From Syntrophales bacterium (GTDB taxonomy: Bacteria > Desulfobacterota > Syntrophia > Syntrophales > PHBD01): a DNA stretch of 64,000 nt. Shown here one piece after another: positions 17,642 to 28,060 of the stretch. The translations under genes and the position numbers were made by a program. The stretch spans positions 352,001-416,000 of the forward strand of contig OY764159.1 of NCBI GenBank assembly GCA_963668175.1, read 5' to 3'. Position 1 is the first letter of the stretch. Every line of letters begins with the position of its first letter. A model generated the notes under the pieces. It searched no databases and was not told the DNA's origin. It was given only the letters and a program-made list of their open reading frames with translations.

Positions 17642-19714
17642 ATGACCCAATCTGCATCGCTGCCTGACTATTTCAATTTGTACCGGCACGGCTTCATCCG
17701 GACTGCCGTCTGTATACCCGAGGTGAAAGTCGCCGACCCGGCCTTTAACGCCAAAAGCATCCTCGACCTCGCGCGAAAGGCCGCATCGCGTAAGGCGATT
17801 CTAGCTCTCTTTCCCGAGCTGGGCCTTTCGGCCTATTCGAACGAAGACCTTTTCCATCAGGAGGCCCTGCTGGGAGGCGTATTGCAGTCTTTGGAAACGA
17901 TCATTGCGGCCAGCACAGAGCTCGACCTTATCATGATCGTCGGAGCGCCTCTCCGTTTTGATAATCGCCTGTTCAATTGCGGGATCATCCTATACAGGGG
18001 GCGCATTCTCGGCATCGCCGTAAAGTCATACCTGCCGAATTACCGGGAGTTTTATGAAGCCCGTCAATTCAGTCCGGCGGAGGATGCATTGTCCAAAACT
18101 GTAAATCTATGCGGTCAGCGAGATATCCCATTCGGTGCGGACCTCTTGTTCCAAGTGGTCAATATACCTAATTTTGTTTGTTATTTCGAAATTTGCGAAG
18201 ATGTCTGGGTTCCCATTCCGCCATCCAGTTTTGCCGCGATGGCCGGCGCCACGGTGATGGGAAACCTTTCTGCTTCCAACATTACGATCGGCAAGGCGGA
18301 ATACAGGAAAAGCCTGGCGGAAAACCAATCCGCCCGATGCGTATCCGCGTATCTTTACGCCGCAGCGGGTCCCGGGGAATCGACGACGGACCTCGCCTGG
18401 GACGGACATGCCCTGATCTGCGAAAATGGCAATCTCCTTGCGGAATCGGAAAGGTTTGCCCAGGAGGCGCAAATCGTCTACTCGGACATCGATCTCGACC
18501 GACTGGCTTTGGACCGCATGCGCCAGACGAGTTTTGGGCAGAACGCCCGAACGCATAGGGAACGCGTTCTGCAATTTCGCAAGATACCCTTTTCGGTGGA
18601 CGTCATGGAGGGCAGAATCCTGCTCGACCGTATTTATCCCAGGTTCCCATACATACCGACCGACCCGGAGAAACAGAATCAGCGATGTTACGAGGCGTAT
18701 AATATCCAGGTCCAGGGACTGGCCCAACGTCTGAAATCTTCCGGCATTGAAAACGTCGTCATCGGCATCTCGGGAGGGCTCGATTCAACCCATGCCTTGA
18801 TCGTTGCCGCCCGTACAATGGATTTGCTGAAGCGGCCGAGACAGAATATCAAGGCATACACCATGCCGGGATTTGCAACGACGGGCAAGACCTATACCAA
18901 CGCCAAATTGCTCATGGATTCTCTGGGCGTGGAAGCCAACGAAATCGATATTAGACCAAGCTGTATGCAGATGCTCAAGGATCTGGGACATCCCTATGCG
19001 GAAGGACAGGAACTTTACGACATCACTTTCGAAAACATTCAGGCCGGCGAACGGACGTCCCATCTCTTTCGCATCGCCAACATGCGGAACGGCCTTGTGG
19101 TCGGTACGGGCGATTTGAGCGAACTGGCTCTGGGATGGTGTACGTACGGCGTGGGCGACCATATGTCCCATTACAACGTCAATGCAGGCGTCCCTAAAAC
19201 CCTGATTCAGCACTTGATCCACTGGGTCGCCAGTCAAGTCATCTTTTCGAAAGAGACTTCGTCCATTCTGCTGGATATTCTCGACACGGAAATCAGTCCT
19301 GAATTGATACCCAGCCAGGAAGCCGGCGGGCCGACGCAGAAAACGGAATCCGTTATCGGCCCCTACGAACTGCAGGATTTCAACAATTTTTACACCACGC
19401 GCTTCGGCTACCTACCGACCAAGATCGCCTTTATGGCTTACTGTACATGGAAAGACAAAGAGGCCGGCTTCTGGCCGGACACGCCGCAAGAAAAGAGAAA
19501 TCAATATACCATCGGAGAAATCAAGCGTTGGCTGGAACTCTATGTCTGCCGATTCTTCAAGACGAGCCAGTACAAACGCTCCTGCATTCCGAACAGTCCG
19601 AAGGTGGGCTCCGGCGGTTCCCTTTCGCCCCGGGGAGACTACCGGGCTCCGAGTGACAGCGAAGCCGTAGTTTGGCTGGACAATGTGCGGCTGATACCCG
19701 ATAACGACGTATAG
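17642..19714 (+). CDS. nadE: Glutamine-dependent NAD+ synthetase
   Basis: Nitrilase domain ([21 protein letters not shown]) fused to a synthetase domain ([16 protein letters not shown]). Confidence 0.95.
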   Translation: MTQSASLPDYFNLYRHGFIRTAVCIPEVKVADPAFNAKSILDLARKAASRKAILALFPELGLSAYSNEDLFHQEALLGGVLQSLETIIAASTELDLIMIVGAPLRFDNRLFNCGIILYRGRILGIAVKSYLPNYREFYEARQFSPAEDALSKTVNLCGQRDIPFGADLLFQVVNIPNFVCYFEICEDVWVPIPPSSFAAMAGATVMGNLSASNITIGKAEYRKSLAENQSARCVSAYLYAAAGPGESTTDLAWDGHALICENGNLLAESERFAQEAQIVYSDIDLDRLALDRMRQTSFGQNARTHRERVLQFRKIPFSVDVMEGRILLDRIYPRFPYIPTDPEKQNQRCYEAYNIQVQGLAQRLKSSGIENVVIGISGGLDSTHALIVAARTMDLLKRPRQNIKAYTMPGFATTGKTYTNAKLLMDSLGVEANEIDIRPSCMQMLKDLGHPYAEGQELYDITFENIQAGERTSHLFRIANMRNGLVVGTGDLSELALGWCTYGVGDHMSHYNVNAGVPKTLIQHLIHWVASQVIFSKETSSILLDILDTEISPELIPSQEAGGPTQKTESVIGPYELQDFNNFYTTRFGYLPTKIAFMAYCTWKDKEAGFWPDTPQEKRNQYTIGEIKRWLELYVCRFFKTSQYKRSCIPNSPKVGSGGSLSPRGDYRAPSDSEAVVWLDNVRLIPDNDV

Positions 19715-19716
19715 CC

Positions 19717-19917
19717 ATGACAAGGGAACAGTACAAGGATTTCGACGCCACCCAGCTATATTGCGCCGCCTGCAAACAAGCGGTACCGGTCAGAAAAAGG
19801 TTGCTCCTCATACTGCCGGAAGGCGACAAGTACGACTACACCTGTGTATATTGCGGCGCGTCCGTAGGGGAGAAGATCGTGACCGATCAAAACCACCTCG
19901 GGACCATCATCAAATGA
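19717..19917 (+). CDS. Small zinc-ribbon protein
   Basis: CAAC...CVYC; 2 nt after nadE, with an ATGA overlap into the next gene. Confidence 0.7.
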   Translation: MTREQYKDFDATQLYCAACKQAVPVRKRLLLILPEGDKYDYTCVYCGASVGEKIVTDQNHLGTIIK

Positions 19918-20915
19918 AGGCCTTCGTGCTTAGTCAGCCCAAAAGCATCACGCAGGACCCGCTGCAGGCGGCCGACATGCCTCTGCCGTCGCTGAATCCA
20001 GACGAGATCCTGGTCAGAATTCATGTCTGCGGAATCTGTCACACCGACCTCCATACGGTCGAAGGAGATATTCATCCGCCGGCCCTGCCGATCGTTCCGG
20101 GACATCAGATCGTCGGTACCGTAACAGACAGGGGCCCTCAGGCCCATCGGTTCAATCAAGGAGACCGTGTCGGTATAGCCTGGCTCCAGTACACGTGCGG
20201 AAAGTGTGCCTTCTGCCGCTCGGGCAGGGAAAATCTCTGCGAGCGTCCTCTTTTTACGGGATTCCATCGAAACGGCGGCTATGCCGAATACGCGGCAGTC
20301 CATGAGGATTTCGCCTACCCTGTCCCGCCCGGATTTTCAGATCAGGATGCAGCGCCCCTTCTCTGCGCGGGCATCATCGGCTATCGTTCCTTGAAACGAA
20401 GCGAATTTGCGAGAGGAAAGCGCCTGGGGCTATACGGCTTCGGGGCTTCTGCCCATATAGCGATACAGATTGCCATTCACGAAGGATGCGAAGTTTTCGT
20501 CTTTACCCGGGGCAAGAGGCACCGGGAATTGGCTTCACAACTCGGAGCCGTGTGGACAGGCAGTGCCGCAGAAACCCCACCAGCCAAGATGGACAGCGCC
20601 ATCATCTTTGCACCTGCGGGAGAACTCGTCCCCTTAGCTCTGAAGAACCTTAACAAGGGTGGTGTTCTGGCCCTGGGCGGCATTCACATGAGCACGATCC
20701 CGCCACTCGATTATGCGGCCTGTCTCTTCGATGAACGGACCGTCCGCAGTGTAACGGCCAATACCAGGCAGGACGGCATGGAACTGATGAATCTCGCCGC
20801 CGAGATCCCGATCAAGACCGAAACCAGCCTGTTTCCCCTTCAGGAAGCCAATCGGGCCCTGAATTTATTAAAGACCGGGCAGATCAACGGTGCGGGTGTC
20901 CTCTCCGTCAGCTGA
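19914..20915 (+). CDS. Zinc-dependent alcohol dehydrogenase family protein
   Basis: CGICHTD, PGHQIVG, CGKCAFC...C and GLYGFGASA; start at MKAFVL. Confidence 0.9.
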   Translation: MKAFVLSQPKSITQDPLQAADMPLPSLNPDEILVRIHVCGICHTDLHTVEGDIHPPALPIVPGHQIVGTVTDRGPQAHRFNQGDRVGIAWLQYTCGKCAFCRSGRENLCERPLFTGFHRNGGYAEYAAVHEDFAYPVPPGFSDQDAAPLLCAGIIGYRSLKRSEFARGKRLGLYGFGASAHIAIQIAIHEGCEVFVFTRGKRHRELASQLGAVWTGSAAETPPAKMDSAIIFAPAGELVPLALKNLNKGGVLALGGIHMSTIPPLDYAACLFDERTVRSVTANTRQDGMELMNLAAEIPIKTETSLFPLQEANRALNLLKTGQINGAGVLSVS

Positions 20916-20916
20916 T

Positions 20917-20960
20917 AAAAAAGGAGCCGTGACAAGAAATAATCACGGCTCCTCATTTTT
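20917..20960. terminator. Bidirectional intrinsic terminator between adh and gctB
   Basis: AGGAGCCGTGA...TCACGGCTCCT flanked by A and T runs. Confidence 0.75.
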
Positions 20961-20986
20961 AATGATCTTTGCGTCTTAAGCGGCTG

Positions 20987-21757
20987 CTATCTTCCGATCA
21001 CGTAGCGATAGGGATCGATCTCTTCGCGCAGAATGGACAGCTCCTGCTTCGTGGGCGGTTTGTTCTCGACGATCTTCTTCGCCTTCAGAAGCTCAAATCC
21101 GCAGTTTTCCTGAACGTCTTTCTCCGTGTAACCGGGATTGACGGCGATGATTCTCATTCTCTTCGATTCCGGTTCAAAATCCATGACGGCCATGTTCGTG
21201 ATGATCTTGTAAGGGCCGGCTCCCAGCGGAAGGCCGGATTTCGCGCGGGAATCCCCGCCCGTCAACCAACCGGGCGTCGTGATGTAGTTGATTTTCTCTG
21301 CGAATCGCTTGGGGTCCTGCGGCGTCATGACCATCATCCTCCAGCAGAAGGAGGCAAAATCATTGGCCCCACCGCTGCCGGGGAATCTGACCTTCGGTTT
21401 CTGGTGATCGGGACCGATTCGGGTCGAATTAAGGTTACCGTACATATCGATCTGGGCGCCGCCGAGGAACGTATAGTCCAGCATGCCTCTGCAGGCCGTT
21501 TCCATAATTTCGCACATACCGGCTGCGATAACCGCTTTGTAAGTGGTCCGGGAATCGCCGACCGAAATGGGCATTTCGGGAATCAAAGGGGCAGCTCCGC
21601 CGGCCTCGAAGAAAATGGCCAGGTTCGGGCTACCGGTTTTTTGGGCAAGCATCGCCGCGGCGCAGGGAGCACCGGTTCCGACGCCGATGGAGGCACCGTC
21701 TTCCAGCTCGCGGGCTGCGGTCGTTATCATCAGTTCCATGGTATTGTAATCAGCCAT
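20987..21757 (-). CDS. gctB: Family I CoA-transferase beta subunit (glutaconate CoA-transferase-like)
   Basis: MADYNTMELM, GVGTG, FEAG catalytic Glu, GGAQIDMYGNLNST and PGSGGAND. Confidence 0.8.
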   Translation of the reverse strand: MADYNTMELMITTAARELEDGASIGVGTGAPCAAAMLAQKTGSPNLAIFFEAGGAAPLIPEMPISVGDSRTTYKAVIAAGMCEIMETACRGMLDYTFLGGAQIDMYGNLNSTRIGPDHQKPKVRFPGSGGANDFASFCWRMMVMTPQDPKRFAEKINYITTPGWLTGGDSRAKSGLPLGAGPYKIITNMAVMDFEPESKRMRIIAVNPGYTEKDVQENCGFELLKAKKIVENKPPTKQELSILREEIDPYRYVIGR

Positions 21758-21775
21758 ACCGTATTCTCCTCCTTT

Positions 21776-22786
21776 CTAGTCTCTGGCTTTGGTGAACATG
21801 AACTCTTTGGCTCTCAGCTTCAACAGCTTGTGCATCCCGCCATTCTTGTCGATGTAATCGAAGTGATCCTTGCAGCTGTATATGTTCTTATCGAGGAATT
21901 TTTTCAATTCATCGGGATTCTCTTCCACCTTCATCCATTCTTTAAGGTGGTCCTCGTCAGAGAAATATTCCCCGTACATGTTGCCGGGGTAGCTGCCGTA
22001 AGGCACTTCGCACACCGCGTCCACGAGCCAGTAAGGAATTACGGTGAAACTTGGGTCTCTGCGAATTTCCTCGTTGGGAATCAGTCTTTCGCAGGTGATG
22101 ATAAGACGCTTGGATGCCCGGGCCACGTCGTAGTCGGATACGGTGATGCCGCGCATACGGCAGTTCCCGTAAATGTCCGCCTCATGAACATGGATGGCCG
22201 ACACATCGGGATAGATGGCCGGCTGGGCAACATACTTGGTCCCCGTGAAGGGGCATTGAATGATTTTGCCGCCGCTGAACTTGAACGTATCGGTTCCCAT
22301 CATGTTTCTTGCGGGATAGAACGATACGCCGGCCGCAGCAGCCTTGAAACGGACGGACAGAGAATAGTTCGTCCATTCGCTGACATCGACTTTGCCGCTT
22401 TCCATGTAGCGTCTTGCATTGGGAGAGAGCCCGCGGGCCTCAAGACCTACGATATAAGCGACATCCAGTTTGTTAAAAACCTCGCCGGCACAGAGAATCT
22501 GGAAATCGTGGGTTGACGTGTGGCCTGCGAAACCCATGTTCTTTCTGCCCTGCCTGACAATTTCATGGGCGACCGCCGCAGGGATCCTGTTGGCGCCGAA
22601 CCCGCCAAGGGTCAAGTAGTCGCCGTCATGGACAAACTTCTCCACGGCCTCTTTGACAGACATCACCTTGGATTCCAGTTTTCGGCTTTTCTTTCGGAAA
22701 AATGCCCTTGCCTTGTCCGCATCAGGGTCTGTGAAGATTTTGCCTACACCTTGATCAATTACTTCCACTGGACTTACCTCCTTCAT
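21776..22786 (-). CDS. gctA: Family I CoA-transferase alpha subunit (glutaconate CoA-transferase-like)
   Basis: VHDGDYLTLGGF, PDVSAIHVHEADIYGN and IPYWLVDAVCEVPYGSYP. Confidence 0.8.
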   Translation of the reverse strand: MKEVSPVEVIDQGVGKIFTDPDADKARAFFRKKSRKLESKVMSVKEAVEKFVHDGDYLTLGGFGANRIPAAVAHEIVRQGRKNMGFAGHTSTHDFQILCAGEVFNKLDVAYIVGLEARGLSPNARRYMESGKVDVSEWTNYSLSVRFKAAAAGVSFYPARNMMGTDTFKFSGGKIIQCPFTGTKYVAQPAIYPDVSAIHVHEADIYGNCRMRGITVSDYDVARASKRLIITCERLIPNEEIRRDPSFTVIPYWLVDAVCEVPYGSYPGNMYGEYFSDEDHLKEWMKVEENPDELKKFLDKNIYSCKDHFDYIDKNGGMHKLLKLRAKEFMFTKARD

Positions 22787-22959
22787 GATTATTCTTGGCG
22801 ATACGTCAAATAAGCAAACAATACCGCCTTGTTGCCATCGTCCACCTCGTTGGCAAGCAACACCACACCATGTGAATTAATCGTCAAGGCACTAGCATAA
22901 ACAACATGTCTTGGCAAGGAAAAACACAAAAGAAACGATTGGAAGTATATGAGGACGGG

Positions 22960-23421
22960 CTATGAATCCTTTTTCTTATCAGCAAGGACTTTCCTGAGTT
23001 TTTCTCCCAGGGTTCCAAGGCCGGATTCCGACCTTTCCTGATAGGCAACGGCTACATCCGGCTTGGATGCCTGGCCGCCGAAATAGTCCCCCAGAAGTCC
23101 CCGGCTGTGTTCATCTTCATGACAATAGACGCAGAGGTTCTCCCAGTTGCTTCCGTCCGGGGGATTGTTGTCGTGATTGCCGTCTTTATGATGGACGGTA
23201 AGCAAGTGGCGGTTGGTGTGATCGAATTCTCTCCCGCAATGGGCGCATATCAGGCCGTGGATGGCAAGCGATCTCTCGCGGTAATCGGCCCCGGCCTGCA
23301 GTTGCTGCGCGGCTTTTATATCGCGGACGACATCTTCCAGAGGCCTGGCCGATTTCGTGTCGACTTTGACCGGGCGGGAACGCATCCGCGTCCCCTTGGG
23401 TCCGAAGCTCATTTTCGCCAT
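22960..23421 (-). CDS. yajD: YajD-family HNH nuclease
   Basis: YRERSL, CAHCGREF and LTVHHKDGNHDNNPPDGSNWENLCVYCHEDEH. Confidence 0.85.
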   Translation of the reverse strand: MAKMSFGPKGTRMRSRPVKVDTKSARPLEDVVRDIKAAQQLQAGADYRERSLAIHGLICAHCGREFDHTNRHLLTVHHKDGNHDNNPPDGSNWENLCVYCHEDEHSRGLLGDYFGGQASKPDVAVAYQERSESGLGTLGEKLRKVLADKKKDS

Positions 23422-23442
23422 GACCGGGCTCCTTCAAGACAT

Positions 23443-23829
23443 TCATTTCCCCGAACGATAGACGGAAAGGAATGCCATAAGCCCTCTCTTGAAGGCCATG
23501 AAATTCGTAAGGATATGGAAGGCGGGCAATTTCATTTTCCCCCGCAGCAGTTCTTCCAGATCGAGAATGAAACCCATGATGCTTTGTATCCTTCCTACGA
23601 CAAGAGCCAGCCCCTCCACCTGCACTTGAACCGTATTGGATGCCAGACGGATATTGAGAGTGATTTCTTCAAGGTTCTTCAATATCCCCGGGAGACTGCC
23701 GTTGAGCGTTGACAAAGTCTCGGAGAGATGCTTAGCCGCTCTGCGTACTTGCAGAAGTGAAGGAATGATGAATATCACCATAAGAAGAAACGCCACGCTT
23801 ATAAGGGCGATGCCGGTCTCCAGAGACAT
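23443..23829 (-). CDS. DUF948-like membrane-anchored coiled-coil protein
   Basis: N-terminal TM helix (ISVAFLLMVIFIIPSL) followed by a heptad-patterned region; GGAG RBS. Confidence 0.6.
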   Translation of the reverse strand: MSLETGIALISVAFLLMVIFIIPSLLQVRRAAKHLSETLSTLNGSLPGILKNLEEITLNIRLASNTVQVQVEGLALVVGRIQSIMGFILDLEELLRGKMKLPAFHILTNFMAFKRGLMAFLSVYRSGK

Positions 23830-24067
23830 ACGTTCTCTCCTTTATAGGTCACGGTTGTCGGTTCATGAAGTCTCGTGCCGAATGCCGTTATGATACAGAC
23901 TGTACCATAAGTATCCATCGACACACAAGAAACAATTCGAAACACCTGGATAGCAAGCCTCTGGGCGCCCGCGTTTTCATGTCGCGGGAGTAACAGCGCT
24001 GCCTTTTCTCGTCACCTTTAACCGACCATTCAGCATTCCGGCACGTCTCATTTCATGCTCCTTCCCG

Positions 24068-24112
24068 AAAAAAAGCCAGCCGGAAATTCCCATTGCGGGT
24101 TTTCTGGCTGGC
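24068..24112 (-). terminator. Intrinsic terminator after the small lipoprotein gene
   Basis: GCCAGCC...GGCTGGC stem followed by U7 on the minus strand. Confidence 0.65.
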
Positions 24113-24144
24113 CTTCTTGATTCAGGACTATGCTACTGTCTATG

Positions 24145-24366
24145 CTATTTTGCTGCCGGTGTTGTCGCCGCGGGGGCCGCCGGAGGTACGGCGGGAGCGG
24201 GCGTCGTCGCTGCAGTCGTGGCTGCAGGAGCGGGTGCCGGCGGTGGCGCAACGGTCTTAACCTCGGCAGGCTTCTGCTCTTCTGTTTTCTGGCAACCAAT
24301 TACGAAAAAAGAACTCGTGACCAAGAACAAAAGAGACAGCGTCATCGCGAACATCTTCTTCATCAT
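24145..24366 (-). CDS. Small Pro/Ala/Thr-rich lipoprotein
   Basis: GAGGAGGTG RBS, signal peptide ending in lipobox VIG-C, low-complexity tail. Confidence 0.75.
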   Translation of the reverse strand: MMKKMFAMTLSLLFLVTSSFFVIGCQKTEEQKPAEVKTVAPPPAPAPAATTAATTPAPAVPPAAPAATTPAAK

Positions 24367-24496
24367 GGGTTCACCTCCTCTCGTAAATTATGGTAAGTGC
24401 CTGTGAAAATACGCTTATTTTTTACCTTGTCAAGACATATTTATCATTATATAAGGTTGCACGAACGGGTGTTTTCACGCACGGGGAGACTGTTGC

Positions 24497-26158
24497 ATGA
24501 TACTGGGTATCGATGTCGGAGGCACACACACAGATGCGGTTCTTATAAAAAATCACGAAGTCGTAAAAAAAGCAAAAGTCCTCACGGAAAATCAGAATAT
24601 CCTGGCTTCACTTCTCAAGGTAACCGAGGCCTTGTTCCGGGACAGAAATCCCGGGGACCTGCAACGGGTGGTTCTCAGTACTACTATCTCGACCAATGCC
24701 ATTGTTCAGAACAAAATCGGACGGGTGGGAATGGTCCTTGTCGCCGGTCCCGGTTTGTCCCATTCCTATCTGAAAATCAGTGACGATACCCATTTCGTTT
24801 CCGGTTACATCAATCATCGGGGTATCGAAGCTGCACCGCTCAACAACGAAGAAATATCCGGCATACGAAAAACCTTTCAAAATGAAGGCATCGTGCACGC
24901 GGGCGTCGTGGGAAAATTTTCCTCGCGCAATCCGGAGCAGGAAATAGCCATCCGGGACGGCATCAACCACGGAATGGAACATGTCTCCATGGGCCATCGG
25001 TTGTCCGGTCATCTCAATTTCCCCCGCCGTATAGCGACTACTTTTCTCAATGAAGCCATTTGGGACATTTACAGCAATTTCGTAACCCAGGTCGTTCGTT
25101 TCGTCAGGGAACTGAAGATCACGGCCCCTATTTACATCCTCAAGGCGGACGGCGGCACTTTCGATATCCGTCAATCAACGGAGTATCCTGTCGAGACGAT
25201 TCTGTCGGGACCGGCGGCAAGCATCATGGGTATATTAAGCCTGGCGGACATCAAGGAAGATGCCGTTGCGCTGGACATAGGCGGGACGACGACCGATATC
25301 GCCGTCTTTGCCGACGCAGTCCCATTGCTTGAACCTTACGGCGTTCAGATCGACCGTTACAAGACCCTGATCCGCGGTCTTCAGACCAAATCCATCGGCA
25401 TCGGCGGCGACAGCCGCGTGAAACTGGAAGCGGGCAAACTGGTCGTCGGTCCTGAGCGGGAAGGTCCGGCCGCTGCGTGCGGCGGTGCACATCCCACTCC
25501 GACGGACGCCATGGTTGTTTTGGGTTTGACGGATTTCGGCGATAAACGTGCTGCGGAAACCGCCATTGCCGGCATTGCCGATCAATGGAAACGCTCCGTC
25601 ATGGAGACGGCAAAGGCGATCTATGAAGAAAGCTGCTTGAAGATCGCATCTCATGTTTCCGAAATGATACGAAAAATCAATGACAAACCCGTGTACACCA
25701 TCCACGAACTTCTGGAAGGCAAACGGCTGGCCCCCAAAATCCTTTATGTCGTGGGCGGACCTGCCGGGGCCATGGCCCCCAGGCTGGGAGAACTTTTGGA
25801 GTGCCCCGTGCAGATTCCCCCCAATGCCGAAGTCGCCAATGCCATCGGGGCGGCCCTGGCCAGAGCAACGGCCGAATTGACGATTCTTGCCGATACGGAG
25901 CGCAAGACCCTCGTCGTTGCCGAAGAAGGACTGCAAATGTCTATCCCCGCGCGCTTTTCCCGGGAAGACGCCGTAAAGATCGGCAGGGAAAAATTGCGGG
26001 AAAAGGCGGCCGTTATGGGTGCAGAAGACAAGGATCTGGCCGTTGAAGTCGTCGAATCTCAGGAATTCAACATGGTGAGGGGCTTTTACACATCCGGCAA
26101 GAATATCCGGGTGAAGCTGCAAATTAAACCGGGCTTGATCTCAGGGCCGTCGAAGTGA
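24497..26158 (+). CDS. Hydantoinase/oxoprolinase A-family ATP-dependent protein
   Basis: GIDVGGTHTDAV, LSTT, TILSGPAAS, DIGGTTTDI, PTPTDA and ANAIGAA. Confidence 0.85.
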   Translation: MILGIDVGGTHTDAVLIKNHEVVKKAKVLTENQNILASLLKVTEALFRDRNPGDLQRVVLSTTISTNAIVQNKIGRVGMVLVAGPGLSHSYLKISDDTHFVSGYINHRGIEAAPLNNEEISGIRKTFQNEGIVHAGVVGKFSSRNPEQEIAIRDGINHGMEHVSMGHRLSGHLNFPRRIATTFLNEAIWDIYSNFVTQVVRFVRELKITAPIYILKADGGTFDIRQSTEYPVETILSGPAASIMGILSLADIKEDAVALDIGGTTTDIAVFADAVPLLEPYGVQIDRYKTLIRGLQTKSIGIGGDSRVKLEAGKLVVGPEREGPAAACGGAHPTPTDAMVVLGLTDFGDKRAAETAIAGIADQWKRSVMETAKAIYEESCLKIASHVSEMIRKINDKPVYTIHELLEGKRLAPKILYVVGGPAGAMAPRLGELLECPVQIPPNAEVANAIGAALARATAELTILADTERKTLVVAEEGLQMSIPARFSREDAVKIGREKLREKAAVMGAEDKDLAVEVVESQEFNMVRGFYTSGKNIRVKLQIKPGLISGPSK

Positions 26159-27474
26159 GCAAAGACATGGCGAAACAACGAAAAACCGGCTTGATCTTTT
26201 TCCCGGCATTTGACTGGGCGATATCGCCCACGCATCCCGAGAGGGAAGAGCGACTGCTCTATACCCAGGACCAGGTGATCGAAGAAGGGCTGCTCGATCT
26301 GGACAACATCGTCGAATACAAACCCGGTTTGGCAACCGTTGCGGATATCAACCGTGCCCATATATGTGTCCCCAACGCGAAAAGCGTAATCACCGAATCC
26401 CATCTTATTTCAGCGGGGGGCGCCATAACGGCGGCAGAGAAGGTCATGCAAAAAGAGGTCGACAACGCCTTCGCCCTCGTCAGGCCGCCCGGCCATCATG
26501 CCATGCTCGTCGTTCACGGCGCCAGGGGTTTCTGCAACATCAATATCGAAGCGGTCATGATCGAATATATCAGGCAGCATTACGGCGTCCGCAGGATCGC
26601 CGTCATCGATACGGATTGCCATCACGGGGACGGCACCCAGGACATTTATTGGAACGATCCTGATACTTTATGCATATCCATTCACCAGGACGGACGCACC
26701 CTTTACCCGGGAACAGGTTTCGTCGAAGACCTCGGAGGCCCCAACGCCCTGGGCGCGACGATCAATATTCCCCTTCCGCCCAGAACGGGTGCCGAAGGGT
26801 TTTTATATGCCCTGGATCATGCCATACTGCCCATCCTGGATGAATTCAAGCCTGATCTCATCATCAATTCGGCAGGACAGGACAACCACTACACGGACCC
26901 GATCACCAATATGCAGTTTACGGCCCAGGGCTATGCGACGTTAAATGAAAGGCTCCGTCCGGACATTGCCGTCCTGGAAGGGGGCTATTCCATCGAGAAC
27001 GCTTTGCCTTACGTAAATGTCGGGATTATCCTGGCCATGGCGGGAATCGATTACAGCGGCGTCAAAGAACCCGACTATAACCCTGATCTCCTCACCCAGT
27101 CGAAGGATATTACCCGAACCATAGAAAAGACCGCCGCAGAAATCTACAAAATCTGGAAGAATCGGGCCGCTTTGAAAGAGAAACTCGTAGGCGATGCCCG
27201 TTATGCCAAGCGCAGGAAACACATCTATTACGATACGGACGGCATCAGCGAACAGCAGGAAGAAACCGTGCGCATCTGTAACGATTGCGGCGGGCTTGTC
27301 GTCATCGACTCTATTTCCGACAGAGGCAACAGGATTTATGCCGTTATCGTGCCCCGCCACTCATGCCCGGACTGCAGGCACGACGGCGAAGAAATGTTCA
27401 ACTCCACCGATAAGGGCAAGTATCGCTTCATCTTTTTTCAAGACAAGGACAAGGATGTTTTCGAAGTGAAATAG
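26155..27474 (+). CDS. Histone-deacetylase-family amidohydrolase with Cys-rich C-terminal extension
   Basis: HPE, RPPGHH, GFC, DTDCHHGDGT, SIHQ, YPGTG and LEGGY; CNDC...CPDC in the tail. Confidence 0.88.
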   Translation: MSKDMAKQRKTGLIFFPAFDWAISPTHPEREERLLYTQDQVIEEGLLDLDNIVEYKPGLATVADINRAHICVPNAKSVITESHLISAGGAITAAEKVMQKEVDNAFALVRPPGHHAMLVVHGARGFCNINIEAVMIEYIRQHYGVRRIAVIDTDCHHGDGTQDIYWNDPDTLCISIHQDGRTLYPGTGFVEDLGGPNALGATINIPLPPRTGAEGFLYALDHAILPILDEFKPDLIINSAGQDNHYTDPITNMQFTAQGYATLNERLRPDIAVLEGGYSIENALPYVNVGIILAMAGIDYSGVKEPDYNPDLLTQSKDITRTIEKTAAEIYKIWKNRAALKEKLVGDARYAKRRKHIYYDTDGISEQQEETVRICNDCGGLVVIDSISDRGNRIYAVIVPRHSCPDCRHDGEEMFNSTDKGKYRFIFFQDKDKDVFEVK

Positions 27475-27662
27475 CCGTGTCCGGATGGTGAAGGACGAAG
27501 CGATGGGACGGGACAACTGCCGCTTCCATGAATGCACGGTCTATCCCTTCATCTAAAATGTCAGTTTCCCGAACAGCTACCGATCAGTAACGATGCGTTT
27601 CCGGCTGTCCAAAGCAGCCGTTAAACGATCAAAATAAAAACAAAAAAGGAGAGGACGAGAGA

Positions 27663-28055
27663 ATGAGCGACGATGTCAACAAAAGAACACAGGAAACGGC
27701 GAAGAAGCTTTTTTCAAAAGGCGTCAAGATGGACCCGCCATACTTGATGTGGAAGGAATTTGACAAAGACCTCGCGAATGACTTTTCCCGGTTTATTACG
27801 GGAAATCTTTATTCGCGAACGGTTCTGACGCTTCCGGAACGGCAGATGGTTGCCTGCGCCATGTTGGCCGCCCTCCGTGCCGGCGGCGAACTCAAGCTGC
27901 ACGTCAATGCCGCATTGAACGTAGGCTGCGATCCTAAAAAACTTGCCGAAGTCTTTTTCCAGGTTGCGACTTACGCCGGCATGCCGGCCGTCAATGAGGC
28001 TCTGGAGGTATACAGGGAGGTTCTTAAAGAAAGAGGGGAATGGCCGGTTAAATAG
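27663..28055 (+). CDS. Carboxymuconolactone decarboxylase (CMD) family protein
   Basis: LYSRTVL..ER, ELKLHVNAALNVG and YAGMPA. Confidence 0.8.
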   Translation: MSDDVNKRTQETAKKLFSKGVKMDPPYLMWKEFDKDLANDFSRFITGNLYSRTVLTLPERQMVACAMLAALRAGGELKLHVNAALNVGCDPKKLAEVFFQVATYAGMPAVNEALEVYREVLKERGEWPVK

Positions 28056-28060
28056 AAAAG

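Noticed and set aside
20969..22516. 515 aa plus-strand ORF
   Set aside because: Antisense to well-supported gctAB; no motifs
22960..23421. HNH gene as a homing endonuclease or mobile/defence element
   Set aside because: Matches the chromosomal YajD pattern; no intron, repeats or mobility genes nearby
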